From: the human T2T-CHM13v2.0 reference genome, Homo sapiens
NCBI RefSeq assembly: GCF_009914755.1
Contig: NC_060925.1
Strand: one strand, 5' to 3'
Length of the DNA: 64,000 bases
How positions within the stretch are numbered: the stretch's first letter is position 1; each line of letters opens with the position of its first letter. Below, piece by piece: positions 1 through 13,112 of the stretch. The translations under genes were made by a program, and so were the position numbers. The notes under the pieces were generated by a model. The model searched no databases. It saw nothing but the letters and a program-made list of their open reading frames with translations, and was not told where the DNA came from.

Positions 1-248
1 AGTACAGTGCTTGGCACATAGCAGGTATGGTAAATCATACCTATTATAATCAAACTGATTTTTTCTAAAGTGAAAAAAATTATATCTGGCTAACATATTA
101 CCTTATAGCTCTTTTAGTCCCAAATTTAAAATAACCACATTCGATTTCTCTCAATGCTCTAGTCTATTTTTATCAGTATTTAGATGTGTTCCAGACACAT
201 CTGTCTTTAAAAAGAATTTTTTTTCAACCACTCCACTTTCCTCACTAG

Positions 249-659
<411 letters not shown>

Positions 660-689
660 TACTGTGCCACTTTTACTTCCAATGTCACC

Positions 690-2177
<1,488 letters not shown>

Positions 2178-3005
2178 GACTCTTGCTTTCTTTTAAGTTA
2201 TTTTCCCTGCCCAGTCTCTTCCCCATTGGCCTCATAATGTTTCTGGTCCTTCTGAACTCAGCACAGATGCTGTCTTCTCTGGGACTCTGCTGAGCCTATG
2301 CAGCTCTTCTGTGCACCCTCGCAGCCTCTCAGTAAAGCAATAACGTACGTTGAAATTGAGTCCTCCATCATCTGCTTCTCCCACTAGTGTTTCCTCTTCC
2401 TTGAAGGAAGGTGCTGCATCTTCTTCACAATTGTATCTCCAGCCTGGTGTCTGGAGGCACTCCGGAAATGGTTGCTCAATGAATACACACTCAGTGTGGT
2501 ACCTTTTCAGTTCCTGGAATATTTCAGGCCTCTTCTCACTTCAGAACTTCTGCACTTGATTTTTCCCTATGTCAGCCAAGTTTTTCCCTGTCTTTTTGTA
2601 TAATTGGCCCCTTCTAATTCTTCAGGATTCAGCTGAAATTTCACTGTGCTGGAGAAATTTACTAACCACACTATCTGCTGACCTCTTTCACAACACTAAG
2701 CACTGGTTCTTATTATCTTCTATTTGTTTACTTGTTAATTGTATGACATCTCCCAATCCTCTTGCTAAAATATAACCTACATAAGAATCAAAACAGTATC
2801 TGTTTTATTATTCACTGTATCCACAACAGTTAGAAGATGGCTGACATATGATACTTATTTAAAAAATCCTTGATGAATAAATTAATGAAAGCAATTGATG
2901 TTAACTAGCGAAGGGAACTGTTTCTAAGGAGGAATGGGAGAGATTTGAGCATGTTCGTAAAGCAAGGGGAAACTTTGAAAGTGGGCAGGTGAGAATATAA
3001 GTTAG

Positions 3006-3319
3006 GGCCGGGTGCGGTAGCTCACGCCTGTAATCCCCATCACTTTGGGAGGCCGAGGCGGGCGGATCATGAGGTCAGTAGTTCGAGACCAGCCTGGCCA
3101 ACATGGGGAAACCCCGTCTCTACTAAAAATACAAAAATTAGCAGGAAGTGGTGGCACGCGCCTATAATCCCAGCTACTCAGGAGGCTGCGGCAGGATGAT
3201 TGCTTGAAGCCGGGAGGCAGAGGTTGCAGTGAGCAGAGACTGCGCTGCTGCACGCCAGCCTGGATGACACAAGACTTTGTCTCAAAAAAAAAAAAAAAAA
3301 AAGAAAGAAAGAAAGAAAA
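3006..3319 (+). mobile_element. Alu (AluSg-like)
   Basis: GGCCGGG start, A/GAAA tail, TSD AATATAAGTTAG at 2994-3005 and 3320-3331. Confidence 0.95.
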
Positions 3320-3464
3320 AATATAAGTTAGCGGGAGATTCTCGAGAACACAAAAGGTCACGAAGATAGGGTTATGTGTTGACAACTGAATCTGAAAAGT
3401 GAAAACAAAACCGAAAGCTAGGGCTCTTCCCATTTGGAAACTGGACAAAAGAAGGTAAGGTCAG

Positions 3465-5470
3465 TGTAGCAGATACTGTTTTTGCTCCATCCAGTCTCTT
3501 TGGTCACACCAGGACTTGCACAAGGGGTCCCTGAGCATGGTAGTCACAGTGGTAAAGATGGATGTGACAGATACATGGGCCAAGAGCATGGGCTCCAGTT
3601 CACCAGATCTGCCTTGATGCTCTCAGTGCCAAAAATGACAGACCCGCAGCAAGCTCTAGGTACGGCACCATCCCTTAAGGAGACAAACCATTAGTGCTAA
3701 ATTAATTCCATGGGACACCTTCCACCCTGAAGTGAGCAGTAATTTGTCTTTATTCTGATACATATTCTGGGTGTGGGGTCGCCATCCCTGCCTGCACTGC
3801 TTCACTCAGTATCATTAACTGAAGGTTTAAAGAGTCATTTTCCAACATAGGATCTCACATTAAATTGCCATGAACCACGGGATCCACTTTACATGTGTTA
3901 GAAATGCTTGTTCCCTGGTGCCATAAAGAAATAGCACTTGAACATAAATTTAATTTCCTCAGCAAGGCCATTTTTACTTTACTTTCTGGTACACTCACCA
4001 GCAGTTTTGCCACGCGAGGACACCGAACAAAGGAGACTCAGGGTCATTTATAACCTGACGCGTCCACCTTACTGCTGTGTCTGGTTTCCATTGGCTGGAA
4101 TGGGACCTCACATTCTGTATTTGTCCTGATTGGCTAGCAACTTAGAACTTTTTAAAAGAGGCAAAAGCAGAGGAGAACAAAGGAAAGAGGAAGTAACTTG
4201 TGGAATGCTGAGAAAGGTAAAAACACCTCCAAATAAGGAAGAAGAACAGGCTATGACCTAATGCTTGCGTGGACCAGTATAAGCATGCCAAGGCAAATAT
4301 TTAGGCTAAACTGCGGGAGCTAAGAACATAAAGTACATTGATTTCTTTATCATGGCTAGCAGATATTTAAGAATGTTAGCACAGGTCTTTGAATAAATTT
4401 TGCTTCTAGCAGAAGTTACTGTTTATTCCTAATTAGTTGGGGAGGAAAGTCTTTGAAGAGGAATCTCTACTTTTTACACATGGAATGAGGTTTGACAATG
4501 GGCATGTTGCCATGAGATCCACTGGTCCTATCAAAAACTGTATTATTCCGATAAGTTGTCAGCCTGAGAGAATATTGGAATGGCCCCTGAGAGGCTCAGT
4601 AAAGATGCCAGTGGTGTGCCATCCCGTGTGGTTGGGGCAAGATGTGGTATACATTGAACCAAGAGCAATTATAGGGTGCTGTGTCCCCAGTAGCAAGAAT
4701 ATACAATCCAGAAATCAAGGAGTAGAAGTAATCTCATCATTTTCACTTCCAGAACTTACTTGGGGTTTTTGTGCATCCATTTCTAAAATTTTAAGGTCTA
4801 TTGTATTAGAAGATGCGGCCTTCAGGGATGGAATGCTTCCACTAGGAGAAACAGTAAGGGTTCCACTGAACCTAAAGTTACACTGTAGCCTGGTTAATTT
4901 GAGCCTCCATGATGATAGACCAGCAGCAAAGAAAGCATTTACTCTACTGGCATGAGTAACTGATGTTGGTTATGAAAATCCAGAGAGGCTGATGCATAAA
5001 GGCACAGGGATGACTGTACTTGGAACTCAAGAGATGGATTCTCTGGGGGTACTTCTAGTTGTTTCCATGTCTGCTGATGACAATGAAAGAACAATTGTAC
5101 CAACCAGGCCTGACAACAGGGAAATGTCTCTAGAAGCTCAGACCCTTCAGGGATCAAAGTCTGGGTCACACCTGATACACTAACTAAGACCAGCAAAAAA
5201 GTCAGCAAAAGTGAGAAGAATCAAACACAGGAGGTAGAAGAGGGAGTCGACGAGTAATAATTATGGCCTCAGATCCAACTGCAGCATCAGGATATTGGCC
5301 CATCCCACTAACCTCCCTGTTATAGGTCTTCTTGGGTTTGCAAGTGGCCACCAATTTGAAGACTCAGTGACAGAACAGAAAGGAATTCTTCTGGGGCACA
5401 AGTGGATCAGAAGGCTGCACGGTGGATTCCAACAAAGTCCAGGGCCCTCACCATGTTTCTTCCTGTCTGA
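3465..5470 (+). mobile_element. ERVL-class internal remnant (pol/integrase and dUTPase-like region; LTR16-associated ERV3-16A3-like), interrupted by LTR10C
   Basis: Frameshifted WNG(P)L..AQ integrase-like motif near 4575; GMLPLGETVRVPLNLKL resembles ERVL GMLPPGDTTMIPLNWKL; LTR16-like LTR follows. Confidence 0.7.
3896..4478 (-). mobile_element. LTR10 family (LTR10C-like) ERV1 solo LTR
   Basis: Minus strand TGTAAAAAGTAGAGATTCCTCTTCAAAGAC ... CAAGCATTTCTAACA; 4-bp TSD CATG (3892-3895, 4479-4482); CCAAT boxes and TATAAAT on minus strand. Confidence 0.85.
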
Positions 5471-5847
5471 TGGTTTCTTGCCTCTCTCTGCCTGAGAACA
5501 TATTCTTGCTGCAGAGTATGCTCCACTTGCATACAGGGGAGGCCTGCAGTGATGGAGAATTAATATCCCCAGAAATGACCCTCGACCAATGAGAAATGGG
5601 AACTATGGATCAATACCCCAACTATCTCACTGCTCAGTGCGGGGATTGGGAAGCATGGTCCACACAGTCTCTTACAGGACTGCCCAGTAGCCCACAGCAC
5701 AGCGGCCTCTGATGCTCCCTTTGCTCGCTTTCCTTTCTTCTCACCCTTGCTTCTCCAGGCTGTCATAGTGACTCTTGGTGTCACCTCCCATAGAAAACTT
5801 GCACTCAAAGCCTTATATTGGAATTAACTTCTGGGCAAGCCCAAATT
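5470..5847 (+). mobile_element. LTR16-family ERVL LTR (degraded)
   Basis: 3' end CACCTCCCATAGAAAACTTGCACTCAAAGCCTT...CTTCTGGGCAAGCCCAAA resembles LTR16 terminus. Confidence 0.65.
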
Positions 5848-5848
5848 T

Positions 5849-6529
5849 TATTCATTTCCTGGGGCTACTGTAATAAATTACACAACCTGGGGGGTTTGAA
5901 ACAATAGAAATAGGTTATTTTACAGTTTTGGAGAGTTTGCAATCAGTCTGGGCTGAAAGCAAGATGTTGGCGGAGCCACGCTCCCTCCAGAGGCTCTAGG
6001 GAGATTCTGCTCCTTGCCTCTTCCAGCTAGCATGGTAGTTACAGTGGCAAAGATGGATGCAATAGGTATGTGGGCCGACAGCATGGTTCCAGTTCACCAG
6101 ATCTGCCTGGATGCTGTCAGTGCCGAAAATGAGAGATCTGCAGCAAGCGCTAGGTACAGCACCATCTCTTAAGGAGACAAACCATTAGCACTAAATTAGC
6201 ACTGTAGCCACTAATGGAGTTACTACAGTACTGGCTGCTGGCATTTCTTGGCTTGTGGTTGCATCATTCCAGTCTTTGCATTCATCACATGGTTCCCTTC
6301 TCTGTGTCTGAGTGTCAAATCTCCCTCTACCTTATAAGGAAACTTGTGAGGACATGCAGGGCCCACTGTGATAATACAGGATGATCTCCTTATCTTAAAA
6401 TCCTTAATTTCATATTTGCAAAGACGCTTTTATTCAAATAAGGTAACATTTTACAGGTCCTGGGGATTAGACTTGCTCTCTGGGGGGCTGTGGTGGGGTA
6501 GGGGAGGGGAGATTATTCTGCCCAACACA
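5849..6529 (-). mobile_element. MLT1 (MLT1C/D-like) MaLR LTR carrying a ~200 bp insertion at 6029-6230
   Basis: MLT1-type GCTCCCTCCAGAGGCTCTAGG...GCCTCTTCCAGCT | CTGGCTGCTGGCATT...AAATAAGGTAACATT. Confidence 0.8.
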
Positions 6530-6873
6530 CAAAGTAAGACAGATGGATATAGATGTAGATAAAAGTTATGCATGGGGTAGCTTGGCAGTAGTGAGTTTAC
6601 ATTAGCTGTAGCAGTAGACATATTGGTGCCAGATTGTATAGACCTTGAATGTCAGACCAAAAAGACTGCCCTATACTCTTTAGATATTACAGAGTACAGT
6701 ATATCACAGCGAGCATTATCTTCCTAAATTTATACTTGAAAGAATAGGTTGAGAGAGGTCAAGTAACTTAAAGTTTATGAAATTCACATGTGGTGGGTTG
6801 GAATCCAAAGCAAGGTCTATTTGGTCCATAAGCAATGCTTTTTTCCACTTTACCACACTGCCTCCTTTGCTTA

Positions 6874-7079
6874 CCGGGCTCAGGCAATTCTCCTGCCTCA
6901 GCCTCCTGAGTAGCTGGGATTATAGGTCTATGCCATCAAGCCCGGCTAATTTTTGTATTTTTAGTAGAGATGGGGTTTCACCGTGTTGGCCAGGCTGATC
7001 TCAAACTGACCTCAGGTGATCTGCCTGCCTCGGTCTCCCAAAGTGCTGGGATTACAGGCGTGAGGCACTGCATCCGGCC
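6874..7079 (-). mobile_element. Alu (AluS), 3'-truncated, no tail
   Basis: Left arm plus part of right arm only. Confidence 0.9.
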
Positions 7080-7177
7080 TCTTCTGCAGATTTTGTTGAA
7101 AGAAGTTAATTTGCAGAAAGAAATAGAAACACCACTAGATGCAGCTCCAGAATTTTCTATTAACATTAGCTTTTAAC

Positions 7178-7750
7178 TGTCAGATACAGTAAGTCCTTTC
7201 CAAAGTTCTAATTTCTGACTTCCTCGTTCTTTGTTCTCAAGATCAACTTCTCTGTCCCTTCTCCTAAGCTACCTGCTTTGTAAACAACTTCTCCTGCCAG
7301 TCCCACTCTGTAAATCACATCTCTTCCTTATTTGGAAAGAGTCCTCTTTACTCCTGGCTACCCATTCTGTAAACAGCCCCTCCCACCGAAACTACCCTTC
7401 CTGCCAAAATTACCCTTCCCCCATTTGCCCCACCTGGACATGCCCAAACATGCCTTGTACAATAACAGACAGCCACTCCCTTCCCGCCTAATTAGCCATA
7501 TTCAATTTTAAACAGTAGCCAGTCGGGTCAGTTTAGCCTGTGTGGTCCTACTCCAGCCAATGTGGACAGGACACCAAAGCAGGGACTAACCACATTGGGG
7601 ATAAAAACCCCTTCCCTCCTTTGTTCCGTGTGCTCTCGCAGTGGCCACAAGTGCAAGCAGCATCCTTCTGCAGAAGTAAATTTGCCTTGCTGAGAAATCC
7701 TTCATTTGAGTGCTCGCTTTCCTTGCGACTCCGAGCTCTTGTTTCTAACA
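7178..7750 (+). mobile_element. LTR10 family (B/D/E-like) ERV1 solo LTR
   Basis: TGTCAGATACAG ... TTGTTTCTAACA; 4-bp TSD TAAC (7174-7177, 7751-7754); 3' half homologous to the LTR10C at 3896-4478. Confidence 0.85.
7436..7455. promoter_or_regulatory. Perfect p53 response element
   Basis: GGACATGCCC AAACATGCCT = RRRCWWGYYY x2, no spacer, 20/20 match. Confidence 0.85.
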
Positions 7751-7953
7751 TAACTCTGGTGGTTTAATGTGCCTGTTACTCACATTTTATAAATAAGTGG
7801 GGATTTATATTGAGATTTATACTCATATGCAGAAAATAGTTCTTTTTCCCCTGTAGGTGGTTACTTCGGCAAGAGACACACTATTTTTTGTTTGAGAGAG
7901 AAAGTATATGTGTGTGAGAGTATATATGAGAACATTACATGTATTTGAGAGTA

Positions 7954-9184
7954 CAGTTGTGCATAATGATGTTTCAATCAACAATGAGTCAAATATGCAA
8001 TGATGGTCTTGTGGGATTATAATGGAGCTGAAAAATTCCTATCACCTAGAGATGTCATAGCCATCGTTATGTAGTAGCACAACATGTTACTCATGCGTTT
8101 GTGATGATGCTGGTGTAAACAAACCTACTGTACTGCCATCATAAAAAAATCTAGCACATATCATTATTTATTATATGTAATAGTTGATAATGATAGTAAA
8201 CAATTATGTTACTGGTTTATGTATTTATTAGGCTATACTTTTCATCATTATTTTAGAATGTACTTCTACTTATATAAAAAAGTTAACTGTAAACATCACT
8301 TAACTGTTAACTGTTTATTGTTAACTGTAACTGTAACTTAACTGTTAATGGTAGAAGCCTCGGGCAAGTCCTTCAGGAGGAATCCAGAAGAAGGCATTGT
8401 TATCACAGGAGATGACAACTCCATGCGTGTCATTGTCCCTGAAGACCTTCCAGTGGGACAAGATGTGGAGGTGGAAGACAGTGATATTAATGATCCTGAC
8501 CTTGGGTAGGCCCAGGCTAATGTGTGTGTTTGTGTCTCAGTTTTTAACAGAAAAGTTTAAAAGTTAAAAATGCTTAAAATAGAAAAAAGCTTATAGGATA
8601 AGGATATAAAGAAAGAAAATATTTTTGAAAAGCTGTACAATGTGTTTGTGTTTTAAGCTAAGTTTTTTTAGAAAAGAGTCAAAAGTTAAAAAAATTAAAA
8701 AGTTTATAAAGTAAAACAGTTACAGTAAGCTAAGGTTAATTCATTATTGAAGAAAGAAAATTTTTAAATAAATGTAGTGCAGCCTAAGTGTACAGTGTTG
8801 ATAAAGTCTATGAGAGTGTACAGTAATGTCCTAGACCTTCACATTCACTCACTGATTCACTGGAGCAAACATCCAGTTCTATAAGCTTTATTCATGGTAA
8901 GTGCCCTCCAAAGAAATATCTTTTTTTTTGTCGTTAATGCTGTATTATTACTGTACTTTTTCTATGTTTATAAATGTTTAGATACACAAACACTTACCAT
9001 TGTGCTACAATTGCTTACAGTACAGTTCAGTAACATGCCATACAGATTTGTAGCCTGGAGCAATAGTGGGTGCCATGTAGCCTAGGTGTGTAGTAGGCTA
9101 GACCATCTAGGTTTGTGTAAGTACTTCTGATGTTCACACAAAGATGTGTGAACACATTTTCTGCCATTGAGCCACACATGACTA
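7954..9184 (+). mobile_element. Tigger3b-like (MER7/Golem) TcMar DNA transposon
   Basis: GATTATAATGGAGCTGAAAAATTCCTATC and GCCTAGGTGTGTAGTAGGCTA signatures; ~1.2 kb; preceded by TA. Confidence 0.85.
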
Positions 9185-9199
9185 TGTGAGTGAAAGTAC

Positions 9200-9325
9200 C
9201 TATGTGTGTTTATATGTGTAAATATATATATACACACACATAATAGTTTGTATGTATATATAATATGTATTATATGTATATATAATAATTTGTTTATGTA
9301 TAATAGTTTATATATAATGTGTATA
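9200..9325. repeat. TA-rich low-complexity tract
   Basis: Degenerate (TA)n/(TATAA)n. Confidence 0.8.
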
Positions 9326-10718
9326 CTTTTTTTACTTAATGACAAAACATTAGCACAGAAATATCCCTCTTGATCAGAGTCAGACTCCTAGTAAACATTC
9401 ATCTACTTGAATAAAACCTCAGGGTCTAGAAGCATGCAAAAAGCCTCCACGTACCTGAAACAGTTTACAGAAAGACACTTCACCAAGCCACACTCTTCTT
9501 TTAGCCCCCAGTCTTAGTGGCAATTATCCACAGTATATATTTTTGTAATATGCATAGCCCTGTGGTTTCCTGTTCCACAGAAAATTAGAAGTAGAAAGTT
9601 CAGCAAGAACACAGGGGAGCATTAGAAGTCATAAATGAAGAGCACAGGAGCTGCTTGATGTGGCCAGGTAAAATCAAGGACCAAGTTCACTCCATTACCA
9701 CCCAGAAAGGGGAACATATTGTGACGATGATCTTGTGTAAATATGTGGTTAATGATGTTGAGTATCCTCTATTTAAGAAGGCAGAAAAGTGAATAACATA
9801 TTTGAAATGCTATTTACATCATAATGGTTAAGTTGTTTAAAGCTTTATTTTTGAATAGATGAGCTTTAGTTAGAAAATTGGCTAGTGGGAAAGAACTTCT
9901 TTCCTAAAGCAAATAGGAGATTGCTACAGATAATGTTTCTCATCTAAAACGCTAAGTAGGTAGGTCAGAGCACACAGGTCTGCCACCCTGTACTTCCCAT
10001 TTCACCCTGAATCCTTTCCAGGGACAGGAAAAGGGCATCTTCTAAGACTACATTCAGATGGCACAGGAAGAATAGAGGTGATATTGAGAGATCCTGAAAT
10101 TAAAATGAATTTGGAAGATAGAAAGCAGATGGGATTACATTGACAAAAACAGAGAAAACCACAGCCCAACATGTTACACAGAAAAAAAAAAAAAAAACCT
10201 ACTAGGAAGACAAGAGCAGTTGTAGAGAAACTCCAAGCTGAGTATTAACAATTACGGAGAGCAGAAGGAGGCCCTTTGGCAATGATCAGGGTAATTAAAG
10301 AGCCGTCTGCAGAACGCAGGGCTCCGCTGCCAGTGACTCCCTCCTCAGCTGAAGAGGAAACCCACACTGGTCACCTATGTGGTATTAACTCATCCAGTTC
10401 TTCATCCTTAGGCATAAACGGACATGCTTAAGGGAGGAAACCATTAAATTAAAAAGGAAGTAAGAGAAAGAGACAGAACATTGACCCTAGAGAAAACAGA
10501 AAATCCACAATAGAGAAATGAACTGCCAAACTTTCTATTTAATATCCTCCAGAGGATTCAAGATGACATTGCCCCCTAAAACAAGAATAGACTTCTATGG
10601 AAAAGAAACAGAGGACAAACAATAGTTCTTAGGATTATGGAATTACAAAAATAGAGCACTTACTGGAAGGAATAAATAGAAGAACAGGCACAATAAAGGA
10701 CAAATTAGTGACCTAAAA

Positions 10719-10988
10719 CAAAGGTCAGAATTTTTTTTTTTTCTGTGAAAGGCCAGATTTTAAATATTTTTGGTTTTCCAGACTATGTTGTCTCTGTCAC
10801 AACTACTCAATCTGCCAGGGTAGTAGGCAAGTAGTCCCTGACAATATACAAAGAAGAAAGGGTTTATTTACAAAATACTATACAAACAAGAAAGAGTTTA
10901 TTTACAAAATTCACCTTTATTTACAAAAATAGGTGGTGGACTGGATTCGGCCCATGGACTACAGTTTAGTGTAGTTTAGTGACCTGTG
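10719..10988 (+). mobile_element. MER58A hAT-Charlie MITE
   Basis: TTCTGTGAAAGGCCAGA...TCTCTGTCACAACTACTCAA...GGATTCGGCCCATGG; 8-bp TSD ACCTAAAA (10711-10718, 10989-10996). Confidence 0.85.
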
Positions 10989-11281
10989 ACCTAAAAGATA
11001 AAGTTAAGGAAATATTCCAAAACATACAGCAAAAAGATAAAAAGATGGGGAAAGAGTTCAAAGACAGGAAAGCTCATTTCAAGAGTTCCAACATATCTAA
11101 TATGGTTTCAGAAATAGAAAAAAATTAAATGGAGAAAATTATAAAGAAAAATAAAAATTTATCATAGCTGAAGAGAAACATAGATTTTTTTTACATAAAA
11201 AGAGCCACCCACATATATTATAAGAGAAATAATAATCCCTAAGCAATATAAATTGATAAGATGCATCTAGAATGTATCTTT

Positions 11282-11545
11282 TTTTTTTTTTTGAGACATT
11301 CTCACTTTGTCATCCAGGCTGGAGTGCAGTGGTGCCATCATGGCTCACAGCATTCTCCCACCTCATCCTCCTGAATAGCTGGGAACACAGGTGCATGCCA
11401 CCATGCATGGCTAATTTTTGTATTTTTTGTAGAGACAGTCTCACTATGTTATCCATGCTGGTCTCATACTTCTAGGCTCCCACAATCTTCCCATCATGGC
11501 CTCCCAAACTACTGGAATTACAGGCATGAGCCACTGCACCCAGGC
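11282..11545 (-). mobile_element. Alu (AluJ-like, internally deleted)
   Basis: Diverged antisense Alu; TSD TAGAATGTATCTTT. Confidence 0.9.
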
Positions 11546-11695
11546 TAGAATGTATCTTTATGAAGTCTTAGAGCTATAGAGAATACAGATATTTCGAAAA
11601 ACTCCTAGAGGAAAAATAGATTACCTATGTAGAAATTAGAATTATGTCGTCATCGAAATTCTTATTGGCAAAACTGTATGTTGAAAAAAAATCTG

Positions 11696-11999
11696 GGCCG
11701 GGCGCAGTGGCTCACACCTGTAATCCCAGCACTTTGGGAGGCTGAGGTGGGTGGATCACAAGGTCAAGAGATCGAGACCAGCCTGGCCAACATGGTGAAA
11801 CGCTGTCTCTACTAAAAATACAAAAATTACCTAGGCATGGTGGCAGGGACCTATAGTCCCATCTACTTGGGAGGCTGAGGCAGGAGAATTGCTTGAACCC
11901 AGGATCAGAGGTTGCAGTGAGCCGAGATCGTGCCACTGTACTCCAGCCTGATGACACAGCGAGATTCCACCTCAAAAAAAAAAAACAAAAAAAAAAAAC
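11696..11999 (+). mobile_element. Alu (AluSc-like)
   Basis: GGTCAAGAGATCGAGACC diagnostic; poly-A tail. Confidence 0.93.
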
Positions 12000-12000
12000 A

Positions 12001-12155
12001 GTCAGGCATGGTGGCTTATGACTGTAATTCCGGCACTTTTGAGGCCAAGGTGGTAGGATCTCTTGAGCTCAGTAGTTGAGGCTGCAGTGAGCTGTGATTG
12101 CACCACTGCACTCCAGCCTGGGCAACAGATTTGGACCCTATCTCAAAATAAAAAC
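12001..12155 (+). mobile_element. Alu monomer (FRAM/AluJ-arm-like)
   Basis: Single diverged arm ending CCCTATCTCAAAATAAAAA. Confidence 0.8.
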
Positions 12156-12651
12156 ATTCTGAGATGTTCTGAGGAAAAATTATTTTTAAACCAATTGTTT
12201 CATATCCAACCAAAAAGCATTCAAATGGTAGGGCAATGATATAAAAGTATTTGTAAACATTCAAGAACTCAGAAACAGACCTTCTCTAGAGTTAAGATTT
12301 GTTCAAAGATTATTTACTACAAAAAGACAATTTGATCTAAGAAAAAAATTACATAAAATATAGTTTAAATAATGGTGTGTAAAGTATCCAGGATAATTTA
12401 TAGGTAAGTTCAATAAAATACATGGTGATGCCATCAAACCTTCAACTTTTTCTTAAGTTCAGGTTGCAATTTGCCTCTCTACCCCACCCTCCCAACAGTT
12501 TTATGTCGTGTGTAGACATCGCGCCATTAAATCCAGTAATAACTCACTGTCAGATATATTACATACATGCTAGCACTTAGATCAGCATCTCTCTGTCCTG
12601 GATCCCCCAGGTGATATGGAGGTGATCCTGGCCTGAATAAGGTTTGATGCC

Positions 12652-13067
12652 TGAGGTGGGCTGAGAATGACTTCAAAGGTATGTTCACATCTTAATTCTG
12701 GAAGCCTGTAAATGTGACCTCATTTGGAAATAGGGTCTGTGCAGATATGCCTAAGTTAAAGATCTTTAGGTAAGACAGTCTTCACAAGCATCTTTATAAG
12801 GGAGAGACAGACGCAAACAGAGGAGAAGGTGATGTGAAGTTGGAGGCAGAGACGGAAGTGCTAAGGAAGGCTGAGGACGTGCAGCAATGTTGGCAACACC
12901 AGAAGCTGGATATGGTGAACAGAGAACTCCCTTAGACCCTCTGGAGGGAGCCTGGCCCTGCTGGCACATTAATCTCAGACCTGGCTTCCAGCACTCTGAG
13001 AGGGAAATTTTTGTTAATTTACCAAATGTGTAGTAATTTGTCATCACAGCCACAGGAAACGAATACA
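12652..13067 (+). mobile_element. MLT1 (MLT1C-like) MaLR LTR
   Basis: ATGTGACCTCATTTGGAAATAGGGTCT...CACAGCCACAGGAAACGAATACA. Confidence 0.85.
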
Positions 13068-13112
13068 ATACCCTTTAACTGACACCACACATAAATACAC
13101 ACTCTCTACAGA

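Larger units (their letters stand above)
10480..12400 (+). mobile_element. Old L1M/HAL1 ORF1-like remnant, interrupted by MER58A and Alus
   Basis: A-rich strand-biased sequence with AAGAGTTCCAACATATCTAATA..GTTTCAGAA typical of old L1 ORF1; boundaries approximate. Confidence 0.55.

Noticed and set aside
11282-11999. Closely spaced inverted Alu pair (150 bp apart) as an instability or dsRNA element
   Set aside because: The copies are from different, strongly diverged subfamilies and one is internally deleted; no evidence of co-transcription.
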